Shown piece by piece: positions 1 through 13,902 of a stretch of DNA of 64,000 bases (position 1 is the stretch's first letter; every line of letters begins with the position of its first letter). This stretch comes from Piromyces finnis finn (lineage: Eukaryota; Fungi; Neocallimastigomycota): the NCBI GenBank assembly GCA_002104945.1, contig MCFH01000026.1:310001-374000 (forward strand), written 5' to 3'. A program made the translations under genes and the position numbers. A model generated the notes under the pieces. That model was not told the origin of the DNA. It ran no database searches and saw nothing but the letters and a program-made list of their open reading frames with translations.

Positions 1-617
1 GATTTCTTATTTTAATTTTTTTTTTTAATTAATTAAATTAATTTTTCAAAAAAAAAAAAATTAAATTTGCTTTGCATAAAAAAAAGCTTTTTAATTTAAA
101 AAATGTTTTCATTACAATACATTAATTAATGTAACGTATTTATTATACATTTTAAATGATGAAATGTATAATTTAATTAATAATAAAAATATAATTACAA
201 TATACAATATCATAACTAATACAATTTATTAAATCAGATTTTGACCAATAAAAATATAGTACTTTTTTTTTTTCATTTTATATATAATAATCGATATGAA
301 AAAAATTTTTTTTACTACACAATTTATTTTATTTAAAAGGTAAATATAAAGATTAAAAGTGTTTTTAAAGAAATGAATAAATCATTATAATATGATGGAT
401 AGTAGTGTAAAATTTGATTTTGGGGGGTTATTATTAGCTTTTTAAAAAGAAAAATAATAAAATATGTAGTATTTAATGAAAATAATAATGCAGTACTAGA
501 GCTATTATATCACAAAATTAATATTAAATATAAAAAATTAAAATAAAATAATTATAAACTTATATAATATATGTATATTATAATTTTTTTAAACAAAAAA
601 GTACATTTTAAATTAAA

Positions 618-2969
618 ATGCCACCAAAGAAGCAAGTTCAAGAAGAAAAGCCATTACTTGGAAGACCAGGTAACAATTTAAAGGTCGGTATTCTTGGTTT
701 ACCAAATGTTGGTAAATCTTCTTTCTTTAAGTAAGTATTCATATTATAATTTTTTAATATCAAGATTAGAAATTTCAATTGGAAATTTATATCTGACTTT
801 AAATATTTCAAATCGTATATAATATACTATTTCAATAATTGTTTTCTTTTTTATCACCTTTGAATAAATAAATTTATACAATTATCATTATCTAATAATA
901 ACAAATTAAATCAATAAAGTGCTTTAACTCAATCTGCTGCTTCTGCTGAAAACTACCCATTCGTAAATATTATTTTTATTATACATTTTTAATATGAAAA
1001 TATAATTTAAAAAACAATAAATTTATAATATTTCCTAATTCATTTTATTAAAAATTTATAAAATTTTTATAATTACCTATTTATTATTATAAAAATAGTG
1101 TACCCTTGATCCAGAAGAAGCTCGTTGCTCCGTTGTTGACCCACGTTTTGACTGGCTTTGTGATCACTACAAGCCAGCTTCCAAGGTTCCAGCTTACTTA
1201 ACTGTTATTGATATTGCTGGTCTTGTTAAGGGTGCTGCTGAAGGTCAAGGTCTTGGTAACGCTTTCTTATCCCACGTCCGTGCTGTCGATGCTTTATACC
1301 ACGTCGTTCGTTGTTTCGATGATGCTGATATTATTCACGTTGAAGGTGATGTCAACCCAGTTCGTGATATTGAAATTATTCGTGAAGAATTACGTTTAAA
1401 GGATGTTGAATTCTTAACTAAGAGAGTTGAAGAAGCTGAATCTGCTTGCCGTAGAATTGGTCATGGTGGTAACGCCGCTGATAAGGCCAAGAAGGAAGAA
1501 TTCGAAATCTTAAAGAAGGTTTACAACTACGTTGCTGAAGAAAAGAAGGATGTTAGAAAGGGTGAATGGAACAACAAGGAAATTGAAGTCATTAACTCTT
1601 TATTACTTTTAACTGCTAAGCCAGTTATTGTTTTAGCTAACCTTTCTGAAAAGGACTATGCCCGTAAGAAGAACAAGTGGTATGTATAAATATATTTATT
1701 TTTTTAATAATAATTGCACTTCAAAATATATAAAGTTAATTTATATGAATATATTCTAAAAATTTTTTATGTTTTGTTACTGTATTTTATAATTAAAAAC
1801 ATATTATTGTACTATTCTATCTAAAATTCAATATTTCAAAAAAAAAAAAACATCTTCAAATTAATATATCAAATACGTATCATTTTATCATAAAGGCTTC
1901 CAAAGATTAAGAAGTGGATTGATGACAACAACCCAGGTGATTTATTAATTCCATTCTCAGTCCAAGTTGAAACCAACTTGTTAAACATGAGCAGTGATGA
2001 AGAAAGAGAAGCTTACCTCAAGGAATTAAGCGAAAAATACCCATGCCCACTCCCATGTAGATCTGTCTTACCAAAGATTATTAGTGCTGGTTACAGTGCT
2101 TTACAACTTATTTACTTCTTCACTGGTGGTATGTATATTTATTACTTTGTATTATAAATAATACGATAATTGTATAGTTGATGGGTTTTCTAATGATGAT
2201 AAAAAAATTTTTATTTACGAAAATAGGTCCAGATGAAGTTAGAGCTTGGACTATTCGTAAGGGTACTAAGGCTCCACAAGCTGCTGGTGTCATGTAAGTA
2301 GTAAATTATATAAATATTAAAAAAGAAGAAATGAATTTTTAATTAACAATCAAAATATTTATTTTTATTTAATAAATAATATAGTCACGTAAGTCACGTT
2401 TATGATTTATAGATATAAAAAATAGATTTTAATATTCTTATAAAATGTATTAAATTTTTTTAAATGTATAATTGATGATAAATTTTATATATTTCATTTT
2501 TAAATGAAATTAACAGACTGATTTCGAAAAGGTAAGAAATAGAATAATAATAATAAATGTAAAACTAGAATTTTATATTAATACGTCAATAAATTAATAT
2601 TAAATAGGGTTTCATTATGGCCGAAGTTATGAAATACGATGATATGCACGAATTAGGTACTGATGCTGCTGTTAAGGCTGCCGGTAAATACAAGCAAAAG
2701 GGAAAAGATTACGTTGTTGAAGATGGGTAAATACAAAAATATTATTTTCTAGTTAAATATTATAATAATTTAAAAAATGGCAATTTCATTAATAGGCATT
2801 CTTTAAATATATATAATAATTGTTTAGTGATATCATCTACTTCAAGTTCAATGGTAAGTTTTTTTATTTTTACTTTCTATTATTATGTTATAAAAATAAA
2901 TTTTGTTGAATATTGAACTAATCATTTAAAAAAAAAAAAATAGTTACCACCCAAGGAAAGAAGAAGTAA
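618..2969 (+). CDS. OLA1: Obg-like ATPase 1 (OLA1/YchF/Ybr025c family), 10 exons
   Basis: Exons 618-730, 920-962, 1099-1679, 1896-2128, 2227-2293, 2385-2388, 2517-2531, 2608-2726, 2828-2853, 2944-2969, all GT-AG. The spliced protein has [11 protein letters not shown] (P-loop), [41 protein letters not shown] and [12 protein letters not shown]. Confidence 0.97.
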
Positions 2970-3540
2970 GCAATTTTAACAAGTCTGTAATTTTAAAATT
3001 TTATCCGACCATTGTTCGTTCAATGCAATACAATAAGAAACTAATTTAAAATAAATAATTATTTTAAACAACCTTTGAAGAAAAGTGAAATAATGAATAG
3101 TAATTAAATGCAAATATAAAAATAAAAGAAAAAAATATATAGAATCAAATGTAATAAGAAAAAAAAAAAATTAAAAATAAAAGTTTTTTTTTAAAAAAAA
3201 AAAAAATAAAATAAAAATAGTCAAAAGTGTAGTTTTTTTTTTTTTAGAGTGTTTAGTAAATGTATAAAAAAAAAAAATAGGTGTGTGTGTGTAAGAGTAA
3301 AAATATGTAAAATTGGCTATTATCTATCCTTATTTTTAATGATCCACCTCCTCTTTTTCCATAATTCAAAAATTTTATTTATAATGGTATTAAAAAAAGA
3401 ATTTTAAACTTTTTTACTATCTATAATATATATTGAAATAAAAAGAATAGTTAAAAAAACTAGAGTTTTTCTTTTTTAAAAAAAAAAAAAAAGTATCTTT
3501 GCATTTGTTTGTTGTTGTTGATATGCTTCGTTGCCAAATT

Positions 3541-3965
<425 letters not shown>

Positions 3966-5132
3966 TTTTTCTATTTATTCAGTAAAAAAGGAAATTTTTA
4001 AATATAACTATTTTATCACGGGTTCAGAAATAAAATATATACGCCATAGTATTTATTAAATATCCATTTTTTTTATATAAAATTATATTATTAAAATATT
4101 TAAAAGCCATAGATAATGTTATATAGGATTATGTGACTTTCACCATTTATTATTTTATTCTATATTCTTCTTTAATAGAGTTTTATATATATTCCAATTT
4201 AATTAGGTAATATATTTATTTACTGACTTTTTTTTTATTATTATATTATTATTAAAAATTCTAATGTATAATATATAATAATATATGTAGAAAAAGAAAA
4301 ACAATATATTTAATATACTCAATGATTAGATAAAGTGAACTTCAATATAATACAATATATTTATTGGGTATAGTAATATATTTTTATATATTATCAATAT
4401 ACTTTTATTAAATGAACTATAAATAAAATAGAAATAGAAATAATATATTAATATTTTTTTTATATATATTATTATTTATTATTTGAAATTTATTATTTTT
4501 AAAATTTTGGTTTAAAGTTTTTTTATTTTTTTTTTTTTTTATATAAATATAAATAAAAAGTCTTTTTTTTTTTTTTTTTTTTACTATTATTATTATTAGT
4601 AATTTGTTAGTATATAATTATTTTGGTGTTAAAATCTATTAAATTATTATCAATTTTGAAATTGTTATTCATTTTTTATCAATATTAAAGGGAAAAAATA
4701 ATAAAATTTTAATTATTTATATACTAATAATACTAATATATAGTTAAGCAAGCAAAAAAAAAAATAATAATAATAAGCAATTGTTTTCATCAAAAATTAA
4801 AATTGGTTCTGTCTTTATTCTCAGCAACAATAATTTAAATATCAGAATTTTTTTTAGATATAAAGAATAGCCAATTTTAATTAATCAAATTTTAATATTC
4901 TATAATACAAAATATATATATAAATAATCTATTTAATAAAGTAAATAAACTGTTTATATTCTCTTCCTACTCTTTTTTATTTATTTCTATGATAATAATA
5001 TAATAATTCTTATTTTATTATTATATTAATATATATTTTAATTTAAATGTTCATGTATATTTTAAATAAAAGATATTAAATTTATTAAAATAATATTTTT
5101 ATTAATCTTTATAAAAAAAAAAAAAAAAAGAA

Positions 5133-6622
5133 ATGTCTTTTGAAAATCCATCTATGATACCACCTGCAATTACTGGCGCCAATGCTGGTAATGTTATACC
5201 TTCAACCCCAATAGCATCAACACCTTTACCTTCTACCCCATTCAACGATCCACAAAATTCTTCTGGAATACGACCAACCTTACAGTAAATAAAAATGCAA
5301 TCTTTTAAATATACAATTTTTTTTATGGATGATTCATTTATATTTTAATTTGTTTGTTTGTTTTCAATAGTAATAATAATACAGTTTATTACTTTTAAAA
5401 AAAAAACGTTATAATTTAAAAATAAAATAGACATTTACCTATTATTATTTTTTTCATTTAAAAAAAAAATAAAAATTTGAAATTTCTAATATCTTCCTTT
5501 TAAAATATATAATACATTTTTTATAAATATAAAAAGAAATATTGTCGCAACTGTTAATTTAGAAACCCGTCTTGATTTAAAGACCATCGCACTTCATGCA
5601 AGAAATGCAGAATATAACCCAAAAGTAAGAATCAAAAAGAAAAAATAATAATTTAATGATTAAAAAAAGAAAAATTGTAAAATATTGGGTGAAACGTGAG
5701 AGGGGAGAGTAAAAATAGTAAAAATGATATTAAAAATGCAATTTAATAGAATAAAAAAAAACTATGCATAATTTAATATCCTTTGTATATTAAAGATTGA
5801 TTTCAAGATTAATTTAAAAGAAATAAAAGCATAAGAATGTATATAATGAAGATAGTATTGTTTATTCGATAGCATTAGAATGAAACATGATATTTTCAAC
5901 TTTTTAGTATGTGCAGTTGATAAATTAAAAATATATATATTAATAAAATATATTTATTTTTATTAATAATTACAGCGTTTCGCTGCCGTAATTATGCGTA
6001 TCAGAGAACCAAAAACAACTGCATTAATTTTTGCTTCTGGTAAAATGGTCGTTACTGGTGCTAAGAGTGAAGAACAATCTAGATTAGCAGCAAGAAAATA
6101 TGCTAGAATTATTCAAAAGCTTGGTTTTCCAGCAAGATTTAGTGAATTTAAAATACAGAATATTGTAGGTAGTTGTGATGTTAAATTCCCAATTCGTTTA
6201 GAAGGTTTAGCTTGTGCTCACGGTCACTTCTCAAGTGTATGTCTCACAAACTATATACAATATAATTTTATCCAATTGACATAAAATGAACCATTATAAT
6301 GAATAATAACCAATTTATTAATTTTTTATTATTATTATATTTATAGTATGAACCAGAATTATTCCCAGGTCTTATCTACCGTATGGTTAAACCAAAAATT
6401 GTACTACTTATTTTCGTTTCTGGAAAAATTGTATTGACTGGTGCTAAGGTATTATTTAATCCTTTTACTCAAAAAATTTAAAGTGAAACGCGATTTAAAA
6501 GATTGCCTTTTTTTAACTCTCAATTTTTTTTTTCTTTTTTTTTTTAATTATAGATCAGAGAAGAAATTTATCAAGCCTTCGAAAACATTTATCCTGTATT
6601 AACTGATTTCAGAAAAACATAA
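5133..6622 (+). CDS. TBP: TATA-box binding protein, 5 exons
   Basis: Exons 5133-5284, 5537-5624, 5976-6236, 6347-6448, 6554-6622. Motifs [50 protein letters not shown] and [13 protein letters not shown]. Confidence 0.97.
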
Positions 6623-6918
6623 ATATCATTCATCGCATTTTAAAAAGTTTCTTTTTTTTTTTAATTATTAATAGTATTTCATTTTAAATTTTTATTCTTT
6701 ATTTTTTTATATTATTATTATTATTTTATTTATTTATTTTTCTATAAATATAAGCAATATAAAACAAAAGTTTTTTTTATTCATTTTTTTTATTAAAGCA
6801 ATAAAAAAAAAAAAAATAAAATAAAAAATAACATGGTTAATTATATATAGCTTTTTTATTTTTTAGTTTTATTTTTTTTTTTTTTTCTATATATATAATT
6901 TGTATTATATCCATTTTT

Positions 6919-6957
<39 letters not shown>

Positions 6958-7392
6958 CTATTAAACAATTATAGACAATCAATAAAATATAATAAACAAA
7001 AATAAAAATAATTATATAATATAAAAAAAGTGTTTCACTTTTAAAAAATTCAAACTTTTAAAAAAAAAAAAAAAAAAAACCTATTTTAAATTTAAATAGG
7101 ATTTTTAAATTGGTAATGGTAGAATGGTAGTGTAGGTATAATCTAGTCATGCTATCACCTACCACCACCACCACCATGGCCATAGAAAAAAACCAAATTT
7201 TTTTTAAAAATAAAAAAAAAAAATTAATAATGATGAATAAATAAATATTATTATTTTTGATTGGTTCATGACACATTAAATTTTTATTCATAAAAATAGA
7301 GGTAGTGGAATTTCATAAATATTCCAAGAATATTCAAATAAATAAGAAGGAAGTGTCGTCGCGCAAAAAAGAATTTTTTTTTTTTGGTCTCT

Positions 7393-7619
7393 AAAAAGGG
7401 CTTATGTTTTTTTTTGTAAAATAAAAATTTTTTTTTTATTTTACAAAGGGTATAACACATTCCTGAATAAATACTTTTTTAAAAATTTTTTTTGGTCAAG
7501 TTTACCTTACCAAAAGAAAAGTTTTTTATAAATATTTATTGGGAGTGCGGAATCGATATCAAGAGATTTCGTGAGCATAATTTTTGAGACCTGAGAGAGT
7601 GGAAAAGTTTTTAGGGTCC
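7393..7619 (+). ncRNA. U11: U11 snRNA (minor spliceosome) with expanded stem-loops I and II
   Basis: 5' AAAAAGGGCTT at 7393-7403 matches the U11 5' end. GTGCGGAATCGATATCAAGAGATTTCGTGAGCATAATTTTTG at 7545-7586 closely matches recalled human U11 SL3 plus Sm site (GUGCGGAAUCGACAUCAAGAGAUUUCGGAAGCAUAAUUUUUUG). A 3' hairpin GACC...GGTC follows at 7588-7618. Confidence 0.9.
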
Positions 7620-8174
7620 AAATTCTTTTTTTTTTAATTTTAATGGTAGTTGATCCTTTATCAGATATCATTAAAAAAAAAAATAAAAGTTAGGATTAAC
7701 ATTCTACTCCGTTTAAAAAATATTTTATTTTAAAATTGAATTTAAAAAGTTTTTTTTTTTTAATAAAATAGGTATAGTATTTATTATAATATTTTTAAAA
7801 GTAAATGCTTTAGAAGCTTTTAAAAGAAGTTCACGTGTAGAATAGAAAAATAAACACAAAAGAATTAAAAGTATAATGTATTCTAGTCATTTTAACAACA
7901 TAAAAATAAAACTACCACCATAAAGTCATAGTTTAATAATTATACTTTAATTTTTTTTATTTTTTAAAACCATAAAAGATTCATATTTTAATTTTTATAA
8001 CATCAACTAATTACTTTAAAACTTGCCTTTTTTATTCTTTAATAATACCTTCTAATATTTCAATCTTCTATATATAAAAAAATATTATTCATCTCATAAA
8101 ATAATTATTCATTAAAATTCTGAAATAAAATTAAATTTTTAAATTAAATAAGTCTATAATAATTCAATATTTTA

Positions 8175-8337
8175 ATAATCAGACATCTAAGGAAGGAATT
8201 TTAATCCATCATCAGGAGTACTTAACCAATACTCGGTTAATGGAAGCATAACCGCTTCCCCGAAGTATAAGGAAGTAACAACAATGTCCTTTCGGTGGAA
8301 ACTGCGAAGTTTAGAAACCATAGATATCATCACCTTA
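8175..8337 (-). ncRNA. U14: U14 (snR128) C/D box snoRNA
   Basis: Minus strand: box C GTGATGA (8327-8333), domain A TTCGCAGTTTCCAC complementary to 18S GAAACUGCGAA, domain B CCTTCCTTAGATGT directly before box D CTGA (8179-8182), guiding the yeast 18S Cm414-equivalent. Internal hairpins at 8222-8240 and 8242-8259. Confidence 0.93.
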
Positions 8338-8434
8338 AAAATATTGATATTTCAATAATGACTTGATATGAATCACAACAATTATTTATTAAATTGTTGT
8401 CAAATCATTATTTATTTATTATTAATAATTAATT

Positions 8435-8560
8435 AAAAAGAGTCAGAGAAGGATAATCTGGCAAGATTGTTTAAGAAAAGTAGCGAACTTTTCAATCATT
8501 TATAGTATCTTCATAGTCGATAAGATGGGGAAATGAAGAAAAACTCATCTTCCTCTTTTT
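8435..8560 (-). ncRNA. snR190-like C/D box snoRNA
   Basis: Terminal stem AAAAAGAG/CTCTTTTT, variant box C AAGATGA (8545-8551), box D CTGA (8443-8446). Elements TCTTCATTTCCCC, TCGACTATGA and TCTTGCCAG resemble recalled yeast snR190 (UCUUCUUUCCUCG, UCGACCAUGA, UCUUGCCAG). Lies directly upstream of U14, as in yeast. Confidence 0.75.
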
Positions 8561-10154
8561 ATTATTAATAATTAATAATATTAATTTTAAATTTTTAAAT
8601 AATAAACATTTCAAATTTTGAAATATTTCATATTTAAATATTTTATTTTATTCTTTGATGTTGTTTAAATTGGAATGTGATTTTTGATTTTTTATATATT
8701 TGAAAATAAATTATTTTGTAAAAATTTTAGTGAATCAATTTTATCCAATCATATAAATTTCTTAAGTTAAACTAACCAGTAATATAATAATTCATTTTAT
8801 TCATGATTTTTAAATATTATTAATTACTTAATAGAACTGGTATCCTAATAATAAGATTCATCATGATAATTATTTATCTATTTAACATTACTTGTGCGTT
8901 TGTAATACCGTCAAGAATATTTTATATATACTACAAAAATTAAAGGCTAAAAATGTATATCTTCAATTTTTATTTCTTATTATTATTCCTTTTTTTTTTT
9001 TTTAATTTATATATTGTAATTGTTAATGGTTATCACTAGACCAGTTTCTAATACAATTAGAAAAAATAAAATCATGAGCTTTTTAACCCTTTGTATAAAT
9101 TTTTTATATGTACAACAAAGTACAAAAATAATAATAATTTAATTTAATTAAAAAAAGTACACTTTCTAATAATGCATATATGCATTAATGTCAAAAAAAA
9201 AAAAAAGTTTTTTATTAATAAACACAAAAAAATATTCTATATTATTTGTCTGTCTGTCTGTCTGTCTGTCTGTTTTTTAATTAAATTTTAATATTTTATG
9301 GAATAAAGAATTAATAAAATAAAAAGGACATTAAAAAAAATAGTATAATAGTGAAATAGTTTAACTTTTTAAAAAAAATAGATATATCCTACAACACACA
9401 ATAATACCCTACCATAAAATATATATATATATATAAAAGAGTAGATGTTTTTATTATAAAGCTTATTTTATATTTTTTAAATAATTGACATTTTAACTTT
9501 TATTTTTCTTTTTTTTACTTCCAGATTATGAATTAAAAAAAATGTATAGTTGGCGGTTTTTACTAACATATTTTATAATTTTTTTTATTGATGAAAAAAA
9601 AAAGAAAGAATAGTAATAATAAATAAAAAGAAAGGTGAATATTAATAAATATTACCTTTTATTAAGACTATATATTATTATTTTTTCAATTTTATAAATA
9701 TATATTTACTTTTTTTTTTTTTTTTTTTTGTTGAATGAAAAAAAAAGCACCTTAGCATTATGAAGAAATTTATAAATAAAAAGATATAAAAGATTAAATA
9801 AAAGTCATTTACTGTTATTATTACAGTATTTTTTGTTGATTTTGTTTGTTTGTTTGTTTGTTAATGTTTGTAATGCAAAGTATTTCTTTTTTTGAATTAA
9901 AAAAAAAAAAAAAACACTATCAAATTTACTATTTATTTACATTAATTTTATCGAGGTATGATTGATAAAATATATATATATATATTAATTACGCTATGAA
10001 TAAATTAAAATAAATTGGAATGGTATAACAAATTAAATCTTTTTTTAATCACAATTTAATATCATTAGCTATTAAAAATCATTTGATATTATATCATATA
10101 ATACATCACTTATACCATAGAAATTACTAATTTGTTTAAGCATTAATGCAATAA

Positions 10155-10646
10155 TTATTTTATACTTTTATCTATTACTTCTAGTGTGGCGTTTTGTGAA
10201 AGGCTTTGCGTTGATGTTTCAATTATTATATCATTTCCAAGTTCATTATAATTTGGTAATGGATTAAGAATATAATTAACATAGTTTCTATTATCAGTGA
10301 TAACCTCGGCATTATATATCCGTTCATTTATGAGTTTACTATCATTTATTGGGGGATTTAAATGAATATCTGAAAAATTAGCATCACCATAAGAAATAAA
10401 AGGTACACTACTATTTCCAATAGTATTGGTATTTAAAGGGTCCTTTTCATTTACATAAAGAACATAACCTTTATTTAGATCCTTAGGGTCATATACATTA
10501 ATTTGTTTCAATATTTGAATATTACCACTCATTCTTTTTTTACTCTTTTTTTTTTTTGTTACATATATACAGTAAATGAAAAAGAAAACTAAACTTGATA
10601 CTGATAAAAATAGTGGTATTAAAACTAATGAAATATCTAGATTCAT
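10155..10646 (-). CDS. hypothetical single-pass membrane protein (N-terminal TM followed by basic cluster)
   Basis: Intronless 163-aa ORF with mixed composition; hydrophobic residues ~5-28 followed by KKKKSKKR. No recognisable domain. Confidence 0.55.
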   Translation of the reverse strand: MNLDISLVLIPLFLSVSSLVFFFIYCIYVTKKKKSKKRMSGNIQILKQINVYDPKDLNKGYVLYVNEKDPLNTNTIGNSSVPFISYGDANFSDIHLNPPINDSKLINERIYNAEVITDNRNYVNYILNPLPNYNELGNDIIIETSTQSLSQNATLEVIDKSIK

Positions 10647-10866
10647 ATTGAATTAATATACAAATTTTTTATTATAATTTTTTTTCAGTCCATAATTTTT
10701 TTTGACACTAGTATTGTTTTTAATATTATTATGTTTATTATGCTTATTTATTATTATTAAAATTATAGATTTGTGGGGTTGTACTTTATTGTTTATTATT
10801 AAAGATTTATAAAAGTACTATTATTAAAAATTTAAATTGAATATAAAATCAATTTATTTATTTATT

Positions 10867-10908
<42 letters not shown>

Positions 10909-11483
10909 TAAATATATTGTTTTTTTTCTATTTAATTTCATTTTTATTTCATTTTATTATTTATAGATTCAACATTTTTATTTTTTTACTAATAATATTA
11001 TTTAAAAATTTTAAAAAAAAAAAAAACATATATATATATATATAGTATTAAATAAAATAAAAAAATTAATAAATAAATAAATTATTCGTTTTCCAAATTA
11101 TTCGCTAAAAAATTAATTATTTATAGTTTGTGTCACTTTGCTTAGAATAATATTAAATTTTAAAAAATGAATAAAAAAAAACTCGATACAACAAAATATA
11201 TACTTAAAAATTTGTAGTAAAATCAAGTTTTATTTTTAGTTGTTTTATTATGCTAAAGTATTTATATATCATACTACTACAAGTAAATAGGATTTATCAT
11301 AGTATCTTACTAAATATATATAATAGTATCAATAGAATTATCATTTTTTGTGAATTGCAAATATTTTTATTAATTAAAAAGTAATTTAAAATAGAACTAT
11401 ATTATTTAAATAAAATAAATAATTAGTTGTAATTTTGATATATTTTTCTTTTATATTTAAACAAACTTTTATAAAATAAAACA

Positions 11484-11681
<198 letters not shown>

Positions 11682-13902
11682 TATTATTAATTACTAAAAA
11701 ATAATAAATGCTTTAGTGAAACTTGTCCTTTCAATTTTAAATATTTTTTTAACAAAAATTTACATATACATTGTATGGTCAATTATATGTTATATGTATA
11801 AAATTGATAATAAATAATACTCTTTTTCAGATGTATTGTTATTTATATATAAATAATCTTTTATGAATATTACATTCAATGTAGTTTAATACTATTCTAC
11901 TATTCTTATAGTATTATCTAATCTTGAATTATCGGCCATATTTACATTAAAATAATTACTTCTACTATATCAACGATTTCAATCCATAATCCATCATTAT
12001 TTAAAGGAACAAGGTTTTACAAAGGAATCTCTTTAAAATAGGTAGGTATTTTTTTTAAAAAAAAATAAACAATCTAAAAATAACTCATTCAAAATCAAAT
12101 AACAAATATATAAATGAATAAGCTTATAATTAGAAATAAGTTTAAATAAATTAAACCAATACTAAACTAGATAAAAAACAACTATAGACATTCTTCCAAT
12201 TTAATTATATCAATTATATCCTATATTAATTCCTATTTTTTTTAAACTTTTTTTGTAAAAAGAATTCCAATTTAATTTTATGTAAGCTCATGATGATTAT
12301 AAAAATGTTGAGTAATAAAAAATCATTAATAAATAAAAATGAAATAAAAAAACTTTACTGATAAATAGGATATTTTCCCTTCTAGTCTTTTCATAAAAAG
12401 TTTAAAAAACAATGACAACTTCCTACCATATCATTAATAGGGTTAGGCTTAATTTCATCTCAAAAGGTTAGAATTTAAAACTATGGTATAATAAAACAAT
12501 CCTTAATATATATTATTATATTATTATTTATAATCTAATTTATATAAACCATAGATAAACTCTTTAATTTTTTATTTATTTTGCTTCATGATTTATTTAC
12601 TATTTTTACCAATAATTTTAATTATTAAATATTTTATATATTAATCAATACAATGTAATATATATAATCTATATAAATTTCATAATTAATATAAAAATCA
12701 TTTTTTTATATAGTTGCAGAATATATTGTAATATAAGATCATTTTTCATTTTCTAATTGAATTACATTATTAAAAAATGTATTACAATTATTTCCTTATT
12801 TGGTAATTTAATACACCGGCGGCCAAAAATTTTAGTTTAATATGAACTTCATGGTAGAAAAAAAAAAAGTTTTTTTTTTACGAAAGAAAATCTTTAATGC
12901 TACCTAAAGAAGAAGGGTGCCTTTCAAAGAATTTTAATTATTAAGAAAGTATGAGCGTGGCATAAAAAAAAAAGGTTATTCTTTAATTGATATGCATTAA
13001 TAATTATAAACTTTTCTTTTTCTTAATTAACTTATAAAAAATAAAGATTCTTTTGCCATCTTTTCTACCATTCATTACCCTATCAATTCTTAATTATGAA
13101 TTTTGTATAATTAAGACTAAATTTACATAAAATCTCATTTGATAATTTGAATGAACATAGTTAAAAAAAATTAAAAATTAAAGTTTTTATTAAAGAGTTT
13201 ATTTTCAACTTTTTTTTTTTTTGATGATTTCATTTCTTTCGAATTAATAGTTCGTTTTTTTTTTTTTTTTTTAGTTTTTATTTAAATTTCTATTTACATT
13301 CCATTCCATCCCATTCTCTTTTTTTTTTTTTATAATAAGCATTCGAGGTAGGTAGGTAGGTAGGTAGGTAGGTAGTAGGTATATTTAAAAAAAAGCAACT
13401 TTTTTAAAGTTTTACTTTTTTTTTTTCATATATTAATAAAATTAAAATGATTTCATAATTTAATTAGACAATATATTATTATTATATTAAATAATTCAAT
13501 TCATTAATCTTATTCTATATTAAATATATTGGGATATTATTTCAATTTATTTATTCATATTAAATACTAATTAAATAATTAAAGTAATAATACTAAAAAT
13601 CATAGAAAATAAAATTATTTTATTATAATTTATTTCCTAATTATAATAATAAATTTATAATCAATTAATAATCAATTATAGGAATGTCAGGAATATAAAT
13701 AATTTTATTTTTTTTATAAAAAATATTTTTTTTTTTTACTGAATAAATTATAATAAAATAAAAAAAAGAAATAATAATAATAATAATAATAAAAAAAATT
13801 AAAAGTTATTACCTTTATAAATTTTACAAAAAATAGACACTTTTTTTTTTTTCTGAAAACAACAACAACAACAAAAACTTTTATAATAAATAAATATTAA
13901 AA

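Noticed and set aside
8209-8215. CTGATGA on the minus strand as a hammerhead ribozyme core
   Set aside because: No matching GAAA core with three helices; the region is fully explained by U14.
8730-8875. Additional box C (ATGATGA, minus strand) upstream of the snR190-like RNA
   Set aside because: No box D CTGA or terminal stem at a suitable distance.
11780-12050. Coding-like tract on the minus strand
   Set aside because: Stops occur in every frame I read and there is no recognisable motif; possibly an old TE or pseudogene, but unsupported.
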